Assembly (NCBI GenBank): GCA_964561475.1
Contig: CAZLPU010000005.1
Span: 4,425-68,424, forward strand
DNA length: 64,000 nucleotides
DNA from: an uncultured Alphaproteobacteria bacterium
GTDB taxonomy: Bacteria > Pseudomonadota > Alphaproteobacteria > JAJFIK01
Direction of reading: 5' to 3'
Shown: piece by piece, positions 29,669 through 39,908 of the stretch
Position numbering within the stretch: the stretch's first letter is position 1
How the letters are laid out: the number at the start of each line of letters is the position of its first letter
Made by a program: the position numbers and the translations under genes
The notes under the pieces: generated by a model
The model's input: only the letters and a program-made list of their open reading frames with translations
Told to the model about the DNA's origin: nothing
Database searches by the model: none

Positions 29669-30432
29669 AGCTTCCTCTTTGTGTCTGTCCTGTGTGGACG
29701 AAAGTCGAACATCAGAGACTGGTCATTGGTGACGCTGTCTCAAGAACTGTGATCCGGGAACGCCGCGTCCGGAGCTTTGGCCGGTTCGGTCACCCCCATG
29801 CCGCATACGGCTGCCCGCTATGGGCGGACAATGCGCGCGGCACGCCCAGAGTGCCCCGGTAAGCCTGCGCGGCCCCGGTCGAAACAGCTCTGGAGGACGA
29901 GACCCGGCTGAAAGGCCCCTACCTGCTCCGGTAACGGCCTGCTCTGCTAACGGCCCGCTCCGCTAAGGCGCTGGGCTTGCGGGTCAGGCAAAACCCCTTG
30001 GAATGATAACCCCCAAGGTATTGCGCCTTGCTTGTCCGGTCGGCTGCGTTTGGGCGTTGCTGACGGATGCAGCCAAGCCTTGCCGGCGGCATCGGCTAGA
30101 TCCTGGGCAATCCGTTTCTGCCCGGCCTCTCGACCTGTTCGCTGGCTTATTCCGGCCTGTGGACCCATCCCCGGCACCCTGTTGCGGGGCACCATATCCG
30201 AACGCTCAGGGGAGAAAAGCCCTTTCGGATCGGCGGTCTGAGTTTTTAGCCAAACTTAGCGATGTTTGCGAACTTCGAAACGAAGTTAAGAGCGTTTCCA
30301 TAACAGAGCCGCGCATTCTTAAAATAAACACATGACCACACTTTACAACGCGCGCATATTGGGTCAAAAGTTTCCCCAAAGAATAGAGTAACGGGTGTAT
30401 GTCCCCCGCTGTTTTCTGGCGCGAGCATCGGT

Positions 30433-30843
30433 ATGTCTGAGTCCGAATTGACGTCTGGTCTCATTGATAAGCATGTTGGCAACCGCATGCGTGTGCGAAG
30501 ACTGAGTCTTGGGATCAGCCAACAGGATTTAGCTGGCCGGCTCGGGCTGACATTTCAACAGATCCAGAAATACGAAAAGGGCGCCAATCGTATTGGCGCC
30601 TCCCGCCTTTACGAGTTGGCTGGCTTTCTACAGGTTGATGTCAATTTCTTTTTCGAAGGTCTCGACCAGGAGACCGAAATTGCTCATGAGCATTTGATCG
30701 ATGCCTTCAAGGCGGCGTCACCCCGATTTGGAACCCGGGAGTTTGTGGAACTCAACCGCGCGTTCCAACGGATTGCCGACCCCTTGCTGCGCACCCACAT
30801 TTTGGCGCTTATCGACCGCATCGCCGAAAAACAAAGCGCCTGA
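30433..30843 (+). CDS. XRE-family helix-turn-helix transcriptional regulator
   Basis: HTH_3-like N-terminus (RMRVRRLSLGISQQDLAGRLGLTFQQIQKYEKGANRI) plus a conserved C-terminal extension. Confidence 0.8.
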   Translation: MSESELTSGLIDKHVGNRMRVRRLSLGISQQDLAGRLGLTFQQIQKYEKGANRIGASRLYELAGFLQVDVNFFFEGLDQETEIAHEHLIDAFKAASPRFGTREFVELNRAFQRIADPLLRTHILALIDRIAEKQSA

Positions 30844-31177
30844 CCCGCGAGCACTCGTTGGCAAACCGCGGGGTTTACCGCCCCCAACCGGGTACCTTAA
30901 TCCCGGTGTCTTACCCCCGGTGTCTTACACCAGGAGTTTGGCCTTTACTGTCTCACCCCAATCACCTTGCCCAATGATCAGGTTTCATTCATCGCGGTTC
31001 GGACACGACATCCGAGAATAATGAACACCATTGAATTACTTGGAACCACCAAGAGAATCCTAAGAAGTCCCCGGGCTGAGCTTTACCCCGACATGCCGAT
31101 GTCGGGGCAGCCGTTGCCGGGGTCGAGCTTTGCCGAAACCTCGCATAAGCGGGGCCTCGCACTAACGGGGCCTCCCT

Positions 31178-32389
31178 TTAGCGGGGCTGGGGGCTCTTGA
31201 GCTGATCGGCCAGGGGGCTGTCCGCCTCCTTGATCCAATCTTCAAGGGACACTTCGCCATTGAGGCGACGGAGGTTCTCGGCCGCATCCGCTGCATTCGT
31301 CACTGGCGTCAGACCGTCCGCACCAGCAGCCGCCGGCCAAGCCAGATCCAGATAGATCGGGCAGTGATCGGAGATCCGCCGGTAGTGGGATGCCAGGGAC
31401 TTGTCATAGGGCACTTCACCGAAACTGCCGGGCACCGCCCATTCAGAGGCCCGGGGATCAAGCAGAATGAAATCGATGGGCTTTTCATGATAAGGCGCAG
31501 GCGGAGCATTCTTCCAGCAGGTGCTTGTCTCGCCATCGGGGAAGCGGGTGAAAGTGGACCGGCCGGGCAGGGCCTCGTTCAGCGCGCGCCAGAGATGGTC
31601 CTTGTCCCCATGGACATCGAATGCCCGATTGAAATCACCCAGAATGATGAAGGGCAGATCCCCTTCGCTCTTCTCCCGGATCCAGGCCTGGAGAGGCGCC
31701 ACCTGCCGGGCCGCCGTCGTGCAGTCCGCATCATAGGGGTGTTCGAAAGTGTCGGGACCGTTCTTGTCATCCATGATCTGGCCGGTGAAGCACCCGGATT
31801 TCAGGTGCACGGCAAGCACCAGCAGATGATGGCCGTTGCGGGCCACTTCCACTTCCTTGGCCCAGCGTGTGGGCCGGGCAATGCCCGTGCGCGGATCCAC
31901 ATGGGTCACTTCCAGGCTCGGCACATCTTCAGCCCGGATGATCTCAAGACCCCGGCGCACACCGACACCCGTGTAGATCGACCCGGACGACCATTCTCCC
32001 GACAGATCGAAGGTCTCAAAATCCTTGAAGCGGCGCCCGGAGATTTCCACGGTCCAAAGACCGCGCCGAAGCACGGAGTGACCCGCTGCCCGGCTGTTGA
32101 TTTCCTGAAGGGCAATCAAATCCGCGTTCAGTTGTCCCGCATAGAATTGAAGCCAAGTGTAATCTTCCGGCGCCCGCACCACATCGCGGCCCGGAACCGA
32201 CTGGCCCGGTTCGTGGTGCAGATTGGAGAGGTTCCAGCTGGCAATCCGGACGTGGTCCTTGCCCTTCTCAAGAGCCGATTCTGCCAGCGCGCCATCGACG
32301 GCAAACACGGACGCGGCCAGCGCAAACGCGCCTAATGCCAAACCCATGGCCCTGCCTGCACGGACGGGCGCGGTGAACTTCGCGATCAT
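31178..32389 (-). CDS. Endonuclease/exonuclease/phosphatase (EEP) family protein, secreted
   Basis: GGAAGGA Shine-Dalgarno 8 nt upstream of MIAKFTAPV. Signal peptide. EEP motifs (ADLIALQEI, ILGDFN, SDHCPI). Confidence 0.75.
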   Translation of the reverse strand: MIAKFTAPVRAGRAMGLALGAFALAASVFAVDGALAESALEKGKDHVRIASWNLSNLHHEPGQSVPGRDVVRAPEDYTWLQFYAGQLNADLIALQEINSRAAGHSVLRRGLWTVEISGRRFKDFETFDLSGEWSSGSIYTGVGVRRGLEIIRAEDVPSLEVTHVDPRTGIARPTRWAKEVEVARNGHHLLVLAVHLKSGCFTGQIMDDKNGPDTFEHPYDADCTTAARQVAPLQAWIREKSEGDLPFIILGDFNRAFDVHGDKDHLWRALNEALPGRSTFTRFPDGETSTCWKNAPPAPYHEKPIDFILLDPRASEWAVPGSFGEVPYDKSLASHYRRISDHCPIYLDLAWPAAAGADGLTPVTNAADAAENLRRLNGEVSLEDWIKEADSPLADQLKSPQPR

Positions 32390-32653
32390 GTCGGTTATCC
32401 TTCCGCCGGACTGCGGCCCCGGTGACGGACTACACGTTATCCGCGAGACCGATGACCCATACCCCACTTTGTGAGGAGGTCGCGTTCTTGAGTAGCAGGC
32501 CCAAAGACCAGACACCCAAACCAAGACGCCGTCCTCATACCGGGTTTGCGAGATGAATTCGAGTGAAAAGATGCTTCTCGCGCAAAAGGAGCAGGACAGC
32601 GTGATAAACTACCCAGCTTATCGGCAGTCGGAACGACAACAAGGAACCGCCCC

Positions 32654-34033
32654 ATGACCGACATCATCCAGGACCTTCAAAACCTCCTCCCCGCCGGCGG
32701 CGTCCTCACCGGCGATGATGTGACCCAGCGCTCCGCCCAGTGGTTGGGCAACCGGCCCAACCTGGCGCGGGCCATCGTGCGGCCCCGGACGACCGAAGAA
32801 GTCTCGGCCGTGCTCAAGCTCCTCGACAGCCGGGGGCAGCCCGTCGTTCCCCTCGGAGGCGCCACCGGGCTGGTCCAGGGAGGCGTTGCCGCCCCGACGG
32901 AGATCAACCTGTCCATGGAGCTGATGACCGCCCTGGAAGAAGTCGACCCGGCAAACCGGATCTGCATCGCCCAGGCCGGTGCACCGGTCCAGACGGTTCA
33001 GGAGGCGGTGGAGGCCCAGGGCCTTTTCCTGCCGCTCGATCTGGGGTCCCGGGGCAGCGCCACCATCGGGGGCACCATTTCCACCAATGCCGGCGGCAAC
33101 CGGGTCATCCGGTTCGGCATGATGCGGGATATGGTGCTGGGCCTGGAGGCCGTGCTGGCCGACGGGACGATTGTCAGTTCCATGAGCCGGGTTCTGAAAG
33201 ACAATGCGGGCTATGACCTGAAACAGCTGTTCATTGGCACCGAGGGCACCCTCGGTGTGGTCACCAGGGCCGTTCTGCGCCTGCGGGAGGCACCGGTCAG
33301 CGTGGTCACCGCCGTCGCCGCTACGGAAAGCCTCGCCCAGGTCCAGGCCCTGCTCAAGCGGGTGGATGCGGGCCTCGGCGGCACCCTGAGCGCATTCGAG
33401 GTCATGTGGAATGACTTCTACCGGCTGGTCACCACGCCGCCAGCGGCCTCCCGGCCCATTCTCGGCCAGAGCTACCCTTATTATGTGATCGTTGAAGCCA
33501 TGGGCGGTGATCAGGCCGGAGATCAGGAGCGTTTCGAGACCTTGCTCGGGCGTTGCCTTGAGGACGGGATCCTCTCCGACGCGGTGATCGCCAAGAGCGG
33601 GACCGAACGGGGAGAGATCTGGGCCATGCGGGATGACGTGGGCCAGATGTTCCAGTTTGCGCCGGTTTTCACCTTCGACATTTCCATGCCCATCACCGAG
33701 ATCGAGGGATATGTGGACGACCTGCGGACCACCCTCAAAGCGCGTTGGCCGGAAAACCGGCACGTGATTTTCGGTCATCTGGGGGATGGCAATATTCACG
33801 TGGTGGTCGGCGTCGGCGATGGCAGCCCCGATGCCCGGGAAAGCGTCGAGGATATTGTCTACGGCACCCTGAAAGGCCGCCATGGCAGCGTTTCCGCCGA
33901 GCACGGGGTGGGCATGGAAAAGAAGGCTTATCTGGGCATGACCCGCACGCCGGAGGAAATGGGCCTGATGCGCCGCCTCAAGAACAGCCTGGATCCCAAT
34001 GGCATCCTGAACCCAGGCCGCATTTTCGACTGA
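32654..34033 (+). CDS. FAD-linked oxidase (GlcD / D-2-hydroxyacid dehydrogenase-like)
   Basis: FAD_binding_4 N-terminal domain (VVPLGGATGLVQGGVA, GGTISTNAGGNRVIRFGMMRDMVLGLEAVLADG) and a FAD-oxidase C-terminal domain. Confidence 0.85.
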   Translation: MTDIIQDLQNLLPAGGVLTGDDVTQRSAQWLGNRPNLARAIVRPRTTEEVSAVLKLLDSRGQPVVPLGGATGLVQGGVAAPTEINLSMELMTALEEVDPANRICIAQAGAPVQTVQEAVEAQGLFLPLDLGSRGSATIGGTISTNAGGNRVIRFGMMRDMVLGLEAVLADGTIVSSMSRVLKDNAGYDLKQLFIGTEGTLGVVTRAVLRLREAPVSVVTAVAATESLAQVQALLKRVDAGLGGTLSAFEVMWNDFYRLVTTPPAASRPILGQSYPYYVIVEAMGGDQAGDQERFETLLGRCLEDGILSDAVIAKSGTERGEIWAMRDDVGQMFQFAPVFTFDISMPITEIEGYVDDLRTTLKARWPENRHVIFGHLGDGNIHVVVGVGDGSPDARESVEDIVYGTLKGRHGSVSAEHGVGMEKKAYLGMTRTPEEMGLMRRLKNSLDPNGILNPGRIFD

Positions 34034-34122
34034 CATCATTATCTACTGAGATCGGCGTGGGCACTGCGGATCGATATCTGCGCAGCCCACCCCGGCCCAG
34101 GTGAGGCCAACCCGGTCCAATT

Positions 34123-34686
34123 TCAGGCGAGCGTTGCCTGCCGGTCGGCGGCAATCGCCTCCTGGGCGGCGGTCACGGCGGCCTTGAATTCATTCTCGAG
34201 GTTGCGGTTCACCCCGGCCAGACCTTCCGCCACCTGTTCGGACCAGGCCACGTATTCCGCGCGGCGCTCCACCGACCAGCCTGCGGGCGGGCTGGCTGCG
34301 ATCGAGCGCAGATTGCTGATCTTGTCCGCCAGCTTCATGATCTTGGCCCGATTGGACTTGGACGCGGCATTTTCCACCTGGAGGCGCTTGCGCTCCTCCT
34401 TGGGTAGGGATTTATCGTCGGTCACTTCCTGGACAAGGGCCGCGACTTCCTCACCGAACTGCCCGGCCAATTCCTCATAGGTGGTCGGCGTGTCCTCCAG
34501 AATGTCGTGGAGGAGAGCCGCGATCACGAGGCTTGAATCCCGTCCGCCCGTGGCCTGGGCGACGAGAAGGGCCACTTCGGCAAGGTGGTTGATATAGGGT
34601 TCCTGGGCAGCGCCCTTGCGGCGCTGATCCACGTGGCGCCCGGCAGCAAACTCCAGGGCCTGGGCGAATTGAAGAACGATGCTCAT
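34123..34686 (-). CDS. HD-domain (p)ppGpp hydrolase-like protein (small alarmone hydrolase / RelA-SpoT HD domain)
   Basis: HD motifs H...HD...D (YINHLAEVA...ALLHDILEDT...KLADKISNLRS) match the RelA/SpoT hydrolase domain. No synthetase domain is present. Start chosen at MSIVLQF. Confidence 0.7.
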   Translation of the reverse strand: MSIVLQFAQALEFAAGRHVDQRRKGAAQEPYINHLAEVALLVAQATGGRDSSLVIAALLHDILEDTPTTYEELAGQFGEEVAALVQEVTDDKSLPKEERKRLQVENAASKSNRAKIMKLADKISNLRSIAASPPAGWSVERRAEYVAWSEQVAEGLAGVNRNLENEFKAAVTAAQEAIAADRQATLA

Positions 34687-35049
34687 GGGTTCCCGGACAG
34701 GGCTGTTGACGCGGCCCGCAGGCCGGCAGGGATCGGGAGGACGGCAGCGCTCGGCGTCCGTCCCGCCCAAATCACCATCAATTGGCGTCGTGATCAAGCT
34801 GGACGCGCCTATGCGTGCATTTCTCTCTCCCAGTGTAGCCTGTTTGGACCCTCTACAAGTCAGGGCTTGCCTTTCGGGCCACTGCTTTTGCGCACACGCC
34901 CCCTGCTGATGCGCACATGGGGGGAGGAGCCCCGCCCATGCTTTACCCTTGATCGCCGATGAGGGCTGGTTTAACGACCATTAATGAATGTTGCGAAGTC
35001 CCGCTCCTGGCTGGAACAGCCTGGAATGGAGAGTTTGAAGGGAAGTTCC

Positions 35050-35376
35050 ATGTACCGTCGTCTTGTCACCGGCTTTTGTGCTGGCGTGGCCCTGATCGCC
35101 ACACTCGGCGCCTGCACCCTCACCACCCCCACCAGCCTCGGGCTGGCCGTGGTGACCGACAGCAGGCAGCCGGTGACCGTGACCAGCGTGGATGTCTCCA
35201 CCAAGCGGGGCGAGGCCTGCGGTACCAATGTGCTCGGCCTTTACGCCGAGGGCGATTTTTCCGTGGAAGCCGCGCGTCTGGCAGGCGGCATCACCCAGGT
35301 CACCAGCGTGGATACGAGCATCTATCAGGTGCTGGGCGTCTACGCGAAAGTGTGCACCATCGTCCACGGGAACTGA
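35050..35376 (+). CDS. TRL-domain lipoprotein
   Basis: Lipoprotein signal (LIATLGAC). The C-terminal region (GEACGTNVLGLYAEGDFSVEAARLAGGITQVTSVDTS..LGVYAKVCTIVHG) matches the TRL-like family as I remember it. Confidence 0.6.
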   Translation: MYRRLVTGFCAGVALIATLGACTLTTPTSLGLAVVTDSRQPVTVTSVDVSTKRGEACGTNVLGLYAEGDFSVEAARLAGGITQVTSVDTSIYQVLGVYAKVCTIVHGN

Positions 35377-35475
35377 TCACTGCGCGCGGGTAGACCGTCC
35401 CGGGGCAGCGTGTTGCCAATCAATCAGCCCCCGTCGATTTGTCTCGATCAAGCTGTTCCAATCAAGCTGGCCCCA

Positions 35476-36102
35476 TCAATCTGTGACCGGCACCCAGAGG
35501 GTGAACGCGCCGCGCATTTCACCTTGCTGAAAGCCTGTCGCCTGATCCTCGGGGTAATCCCTGGCCAGGGCGTCGCGCACCTCCGGCGCAATCTCGCTGC
35601 CGTGACAGGCAAGGCATAGCCCGCCTGTGGGGATCGGCGTGATGTAACGCAGGGCCGTCGCCCCCTCCTTGCTCACTTCAAGGGTCTGGACCAGGGTGCC
35701 GGGTTCGGCGCCCTGCGCCATGTCTTTTTGAAACGCCAGCATGGCTTCCCGCTCCCAATAGTCCGGAGCATTGGCCGGATTGCGCAGGCGCAGGGCCGTG
35801 CGGCCAATGGCCAGCCGGTGAGCCTGGGATGTCGCCTTGCCGATCTCCGGAGCGGCGTCCTTGCACACACCGATCGCGCCCGCGGGCCCGCCCTCGGCCA
35901 TGGCCTCCCGAAGCCTCGACTGAAGGGCACTCCGATAGGCCGCAATGGCCGTCCGCGCCTTGGCCTGGGCCTCTTCACTGGTGATGGACACCGGCGCGCC
36001 CGGATCGCTACAGCCGACCAGCAGACCGATCAGGCCGGCGACCAAGAGCCAAGGACCCAGGACCTTGGGGGCATCCCGCCGGATCAATACTCTGCGTTCC
36101 AT
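35476..36102 (-). CDS. DUF3365 (Tll0287-like) c-type haem-binding lipoprotein
   Basis: Lipobox LLVGC, a DUF3365-like periplasmic domain and a C-terminal CLACHG (CxxCH) haem-attachment motif. The start at MERRV lies 30 bp after the upstream ICMT-like gene. Confidence 0.6.
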   Translation of the reverse strand: MERRVLIRRDAPKVLGPWLLVAGLIGLLVGCSDPGAPVSITSEEAQAKARTAIAAYRSALQSRLREAMAEGGPAGAIGVCKDAAPEIGKATSQAHRLAIGRTALRLRNPANAPDYWEREAMLAFQKDMAQGAEPGTLVQTLEVSKEGATALRYITPIPTGGLCLACHGSEIAPEVRDALARDYPEDQATGFQQGEMRGAFTLWVPVTD

Positions 36103-36131
36103 GGCCAGACCTCTCCCAACTCCTGAAGCTC

Positions 36132-36584
36132 CTAAAGCCACCGCCGGACCCGGCGCCGGTAATTCTCGAAGGACGGCCCGAATTTTTTGGCCAGCGCCTC
36201 CTCCTCGGGCTTGATCTGAAAAACGGTGATGTAGACGACAAAAAGCACCAGCAGCCCCCCGTTGAGCGGGTGCCCGAGCCACACCGCCCAGCCCATGAGC
36301 ATCAACAAAAGCCCGAGATACATGGGATTGCGGCTGACCTGATAGATGCCCGTCACCACCAGCGTGCTGGCAGCCGCGGGCGCGAGAGGACTCACAGTCG
36401 TTTTCCGGCGTACAAACGCGGCAAAGGCCACCATGGCGATGGCAAAACCGGCGACAGTCAAAACGACCGCCATGAGGCCCTGGCCGGGAAAACTGAACAC
36501 CCAGCCGGGCAGAACCATGGTCACAAGCCACATCAAAATGCCGACGGCCAGGGCCTGGGCAGGCGCCGGTACTTTCAAGTGCAT
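36132..36584 (-). CDS. Isoprenylcysteine carboxyl methyltransferase (ICMT)/phospholipid methyltransferase family membrane protein
   Basis: 150 aa with four TM helices. The conserved C-terminal RNPMYLG...FQIKPEEEALAKKFGPSFENYRRRVRRW is typical of the ICMT/PEMT family. Confidence 0.65.
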   Translation of the reverse strand: MHLKVPAPAQALAVGILMWLVTMVLPGWVFSFPGQGLMAVVLTVAGFAIAMVAFAAFVRRKTTVSPLAPAAASTLVVTGIYQVSRNPMYLGLLLMLMGWAVWLGHPLNGGLLVLFVVYITVFQIKPEEEALAKKFGPSFENYRRRVRRWL

Positions 36585-36753
36585 TTTTGCTCTTTCTTCA
36601 GGAGCCAGCCCCCGGCTGAATCCTGTTCCACAATGGGCGGGCGCGCAATAGCCCGGCCCATGGGGCGTCATGGCGCGGGTCCGTGCCATCCTGATGCGGC
36701 CCCACCGGTCCCGGCGCCCCATGGATCTCTGCCCAATGAGAGGAGTGCTCCCC

Positions 36754-38676
36754 ATGCTCGATCTTGCCATTGTCCTCCTGTTTGTCGCGGTGACGATCGG
36801 GTCAGGATTTCGAGCGCGCAAGGCGGCCTCCCGGAATTTGGATGAGTATTTTCTGGCGGGCCGCACTGTGAGCGGCTGGCGGGCGGGACTGAGCATGGCG
36901 GCCACCCAGTTTGCCGCCGACACCCCCCTGATCGTCATGGGGCTGATTGCCACCGGCGGGATCTTCCTGTTCTGGCAGTTCTGGGTCTATGGCATCGCTT
37001 TTCTGATGATGGGTTTCCTGTTCGGGGCATCCTGGCGCAGGGCAGGGGTTCTGACCGATGCGGAACTGGCGGAGGTGCGCTACAGCGGGCGGGGCCGCCT
37101 GGCTCTGCGTGTACTGAAGGCTTTCTATTACGGAACCCTCATCAACTGCATTGTCATGGCTTTCGTTCTGGCGGCCACGGTGCAGATCGCCGAGGTGTTC
37201 CTGGTCTGGCACCAGTGGCTGCCGGCAGGGCTCTATGATCCTCTGCGCGACATGATCGCCGCCCTTGATGTGCAACTCACCCGGACGGTCCCGCCCCCCA
37301 ACTCCGGCTCTGGCCCTGGCTCCGGCCTGGATCCCCTCACCGCGACCACCAACAACATGGTCAGCATCGGGTTGCTGCTGGCCTTCATCGCCGTTTATTC
37401 AACCACCGGCGGCTTGCGCAGCGTCATCTTCACGGATGTCTTCCAGCTCGGCATCGCACTCTTCGGCACACTGATCTATGCGGTGATCGTTGTGGTGGAA
37501 TGCGGCGGATTGGGGGCCATGGTGAACCGGCTTGTGGACATCTACGGGGACGACGCCGCCCGGCGCACCCTTTCCTTCGCTCCGGACACCCTGGACATGA
37601 TCGCCCCGTTCCTTGTGCTGATGGGTCTCCAATGGCTCTATCAGGTCAACAGCGACGGCACCGGCTATCTGGCCCAGCGGACCATGGCCTGCCGCACCGA
37701 CCGGGAGGCGCGCATCGCCGCCGTGGTGTTCACCTGGACCCAGATCTTTCTGCGCAGCGTCCTGTGGATCGTCATCGGCATCGCGCTGCTGGTGCTCTAT
37801 CCGCTCACCACGGATATGACGGATGGTACCCTCAGCGCCAGCCGGGAAGCGACCTTCATTACGGGAATTAAGGACTACCTCCCCGCCGGGATCAGCGGAC
37901 TGATGCTCACGGGGCTTTTGGCCGCCCTCGCGTCCACCATCGATACCCACCTCAATCTGGGTGCGGCCTATTGGAGCAATGATCTCTACAAGCGTCTGGT
38001 GAACGAGGCCTGGCTGAAGCGGGAGCCCGGGGAGCGGGAACTGGTCTGGGTGGCCCGGGCCTCGACCCTGGTGGTTCTCGGGCTTGCGCTCCTGGTCATG
38101 GGCCACCTCAGCTCCATCGCCCAGGGATGGAAGATTTCTCTTCTGTTCGGGGCGGGCGTGGGATCGGTGCTGATTCTGCGCTGGCTCTGGGAGCGGATCA
38201 ATGTCACGGCGGAACTCTCCGCCATCGCCGTATCCCTGGTGGCGGGTGTGGTGCTTCTCATGCTCCTGCCCGACGATGATCAGGAATGGCTGCGTCTCGG
38301 GCTGATGGCGCTCCTTTCCACCGCAACGGTGGTGACCGCCGCCCTGCTTGCTCCGCCCACGGACCAGGACACCCTGAAATCCTTCTACAAGAAAGCCCGT
38401 CCCGTAGGTTTCTGGGGCAGCACCGCCCGCGCCCTGGGGGAGGATCCTTCCGTCCCCTTGCGCCGTTTCACCGGCGGGCTGACCCACACCGTGACCTGCG
38501 CCCTCGCGGTCTTCCTTGCCATTTACGGCACCACCCGCCTGCTCCTCCCCCTACCGGACACCCCCTCCTGGCCCGCCTGGACAGCCCTCATCACCAGCCT
38601 CGCCCTCACCCCCATCTGGCTGGGCGGCATTATTGGTCCCGACACAGATCAAGAGAGTGTCACGCCGATGAAGTAG
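36754..38676 (+). CDS. Sodium:solute symporter (SSF) family transporter
   Basis: AGAGGAG Shine-Dalgarno upstream of MLDLAIVLLFVAVTIGSGF. An SSF N-terminus, about 13 TM helices and a long C-terminal extension. Confidence 0.8.
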   Translation: MLDLAIVLLFVAVTIGSGFRARKAASRNLDEYFLAGRTVSGWRAGLSMAATQFAADTPLIVMGLIATGGIFLFWQFWVYGIAFLMMGFLFGASWRRAGVLTDAELAEVRYSGRGRLALRVLKAFYYGTLINCIVMAFVLAATVQIAEVFLVWHQWLPAGLYDPLRDMIAALDVQLTRTVPPPNSGSGPGSGLDPLTATTNNMVSIGLLLAFIAVYSTTGGLRSVIFTDVFQLGIALFGTLIYAVIVVVECGGLGAMVNRLVDIYGDDAARRTLSFAPDTLDMIAPFLVLMGLQWLYQVNSDGTGYLAQRTMACRTDREARIAAVVFTWTQIFLRSVLWIVIGIALLVLYPLTTDMTDGTLSASREATFITGIKDYLPAGISGLMLTGLLAALASTIDTHLNLGAAYWSNDLYKRLVNEAWLKREPGERELVWVARASTLVVLGLALLVMGHLSSIAQGWKISLLFGAGVGSVLILRWLWERINVTAELSAIAVSLVAGVVLLMLLPDDDQEWLRLGLMALLSTATVVTAALLAPPTDQDTLKSFYKKARPVGFWGSTARALGEDPSVPLRRFTGGLTHTVTCALAVFLAIYGTTRLLLPLPDTPSWPAWTALITSLALTPIWLGGIIGPDTDQESVTPMK

Positions 38677-38924
38677 CGGCCCTGCATCGCCAAGTGCTCG
38701 CAGGGGAGGTACCCCCTCAAGTCACCCGGGAAATCCGACAAAACAATGAATGGCTGAGTGCCCCAGAAAGCCCGGCCAAATATACGGACCGAAGCACCAT
38801 GGCCCATGAAGGTGAAAGCGGCGACCTGATGGCAGGAACTTGCACTGATCTTACAATCAGAACATTGAATTCCCATTCGGATCGGAACCTCAACGCTGAC
38901 AGGCAAACCAATACGATCCCAGAT

Positions 38925-39524
38925 CTATTCCACAGACAGCTTCCGCGCTCTTTCAAGCAACTCCAATTCTTCTTGCCCTAAATAACCCTGTATGCATTCC
39001 AAGGCCAACACAACCAGGCTGTGGTATCCCAAATCGAAGCCCAAGAATGAAAGCTTTGCAATGCGCTTTACATATTCCCGCTTATAAAAATCATCTGAAA
39101 TCCTGAAATTATAATGGAGATGAAGAACTTCCGAATAGAAACTTAAACGCCTGAAACACTCAATATCACCCATGACATAGTGTAGCAACGCATCACTGAA
39201 CAAGCGCAAACATTTTTCCAAAGTGATTCTTAAGGCACCCGCGCCATCAATGACGAAACTCCAGTCATTAACCTTCTTCAGGTTTTCCAGAGCCGCAATA
39301 TCGATAAGAGAGAATGTTCGATAGGATCCAAAATACTCGATAGCCGGATCGAGAAGACCGAATTCGATCCAGAGCTCCTCATCCCAAGTCGAAAACGTGA
39401 TGGAAACACGATCGGACGCAAAAACCTGACCGTGGTCCGTGGCTTCCGCACCGGAAAAGCCGAGTGCAGACAACCTGACCGTACAGACCTCTTTGACAAT
39501 TTCACGAAACCTGCGTGTTTCCAT
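38925..39524 (-). CDS. Hypothetical protein (199 aa) encoded in a low-GC islet next to tRNA-His
   Basis: The only clean ORF in a ~40% GC segment flanked by ~65% GC DNA. No recognisable domain. Soluble and acidic. Confidence 0.5.
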   Translation of the reverse strand: METRRFREIVKEVCTVRLSALGFSGAEATDHGQVFASDRVSITFSTWDEELWIEFGLLDPAIEYFGSYRTFSLIDIAALENLKKVNDWSFVIDGAGALRITLEKCLRLFSDALLHYVMGDIECFRRLSFYSEVLHLHYNFRISDDFYKREYVKRIAKLSFLGFDLGYHSLVVLALECIQGYLGQEELELLERARKLSVE

Positions 39525-39908
39525 GTCTCCGCAAAGCTACACCTTGTTGCAAGTTCAACCCGTACTGCTTATCCGAACGGGACCATCTATCGGTGCCCGC
39601 CATTTCAACATACTTTCATCCATGGCTCGATCGGGAGTAAACCGGGGTGGTCCCACTTTGTCGGCACGACCGTGATTTGAAATCTCATCCGACATCCCCT
39701 TTGTGAAGTCCAAAACCGGGCCGCAGGGCGCCATCTGAACGGCCGAAGCTGCGGGTTCTGGGCTTCAAGCCGTCGGCGCTCGGTACATTGGCGTGTAGAA
39801 GGACACGAGCCACCCCCTTTGCACCAGGGGCAAGTCATCGGATGCGACCCCCAAATAGAGATCCAGAGGCAAACTGCAACGGCTGACGATTTAACTGAGT
39901 GATTGAAA

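Noticed and set aside
30901-30930. Direct repeat cccggtgtcttac x2 and repeated cggggcctc motifs between the XRE gene and the EEP gene; hairpin CCCCGACAT-gccg-ATGTCGGGG at ~31085-31106
   Set aside because: Short and imperfect, with no associated ORF or T-tract. Probably incidental or a weak terminator-like hairpin, so not reported as features.
32618-34039. 473-aa minus-strand ORF antisense to the FAD-linked oxidase
   Set aside because: The + strand shows clear FAD_binding_4 motifs. The minus frame lacks any.
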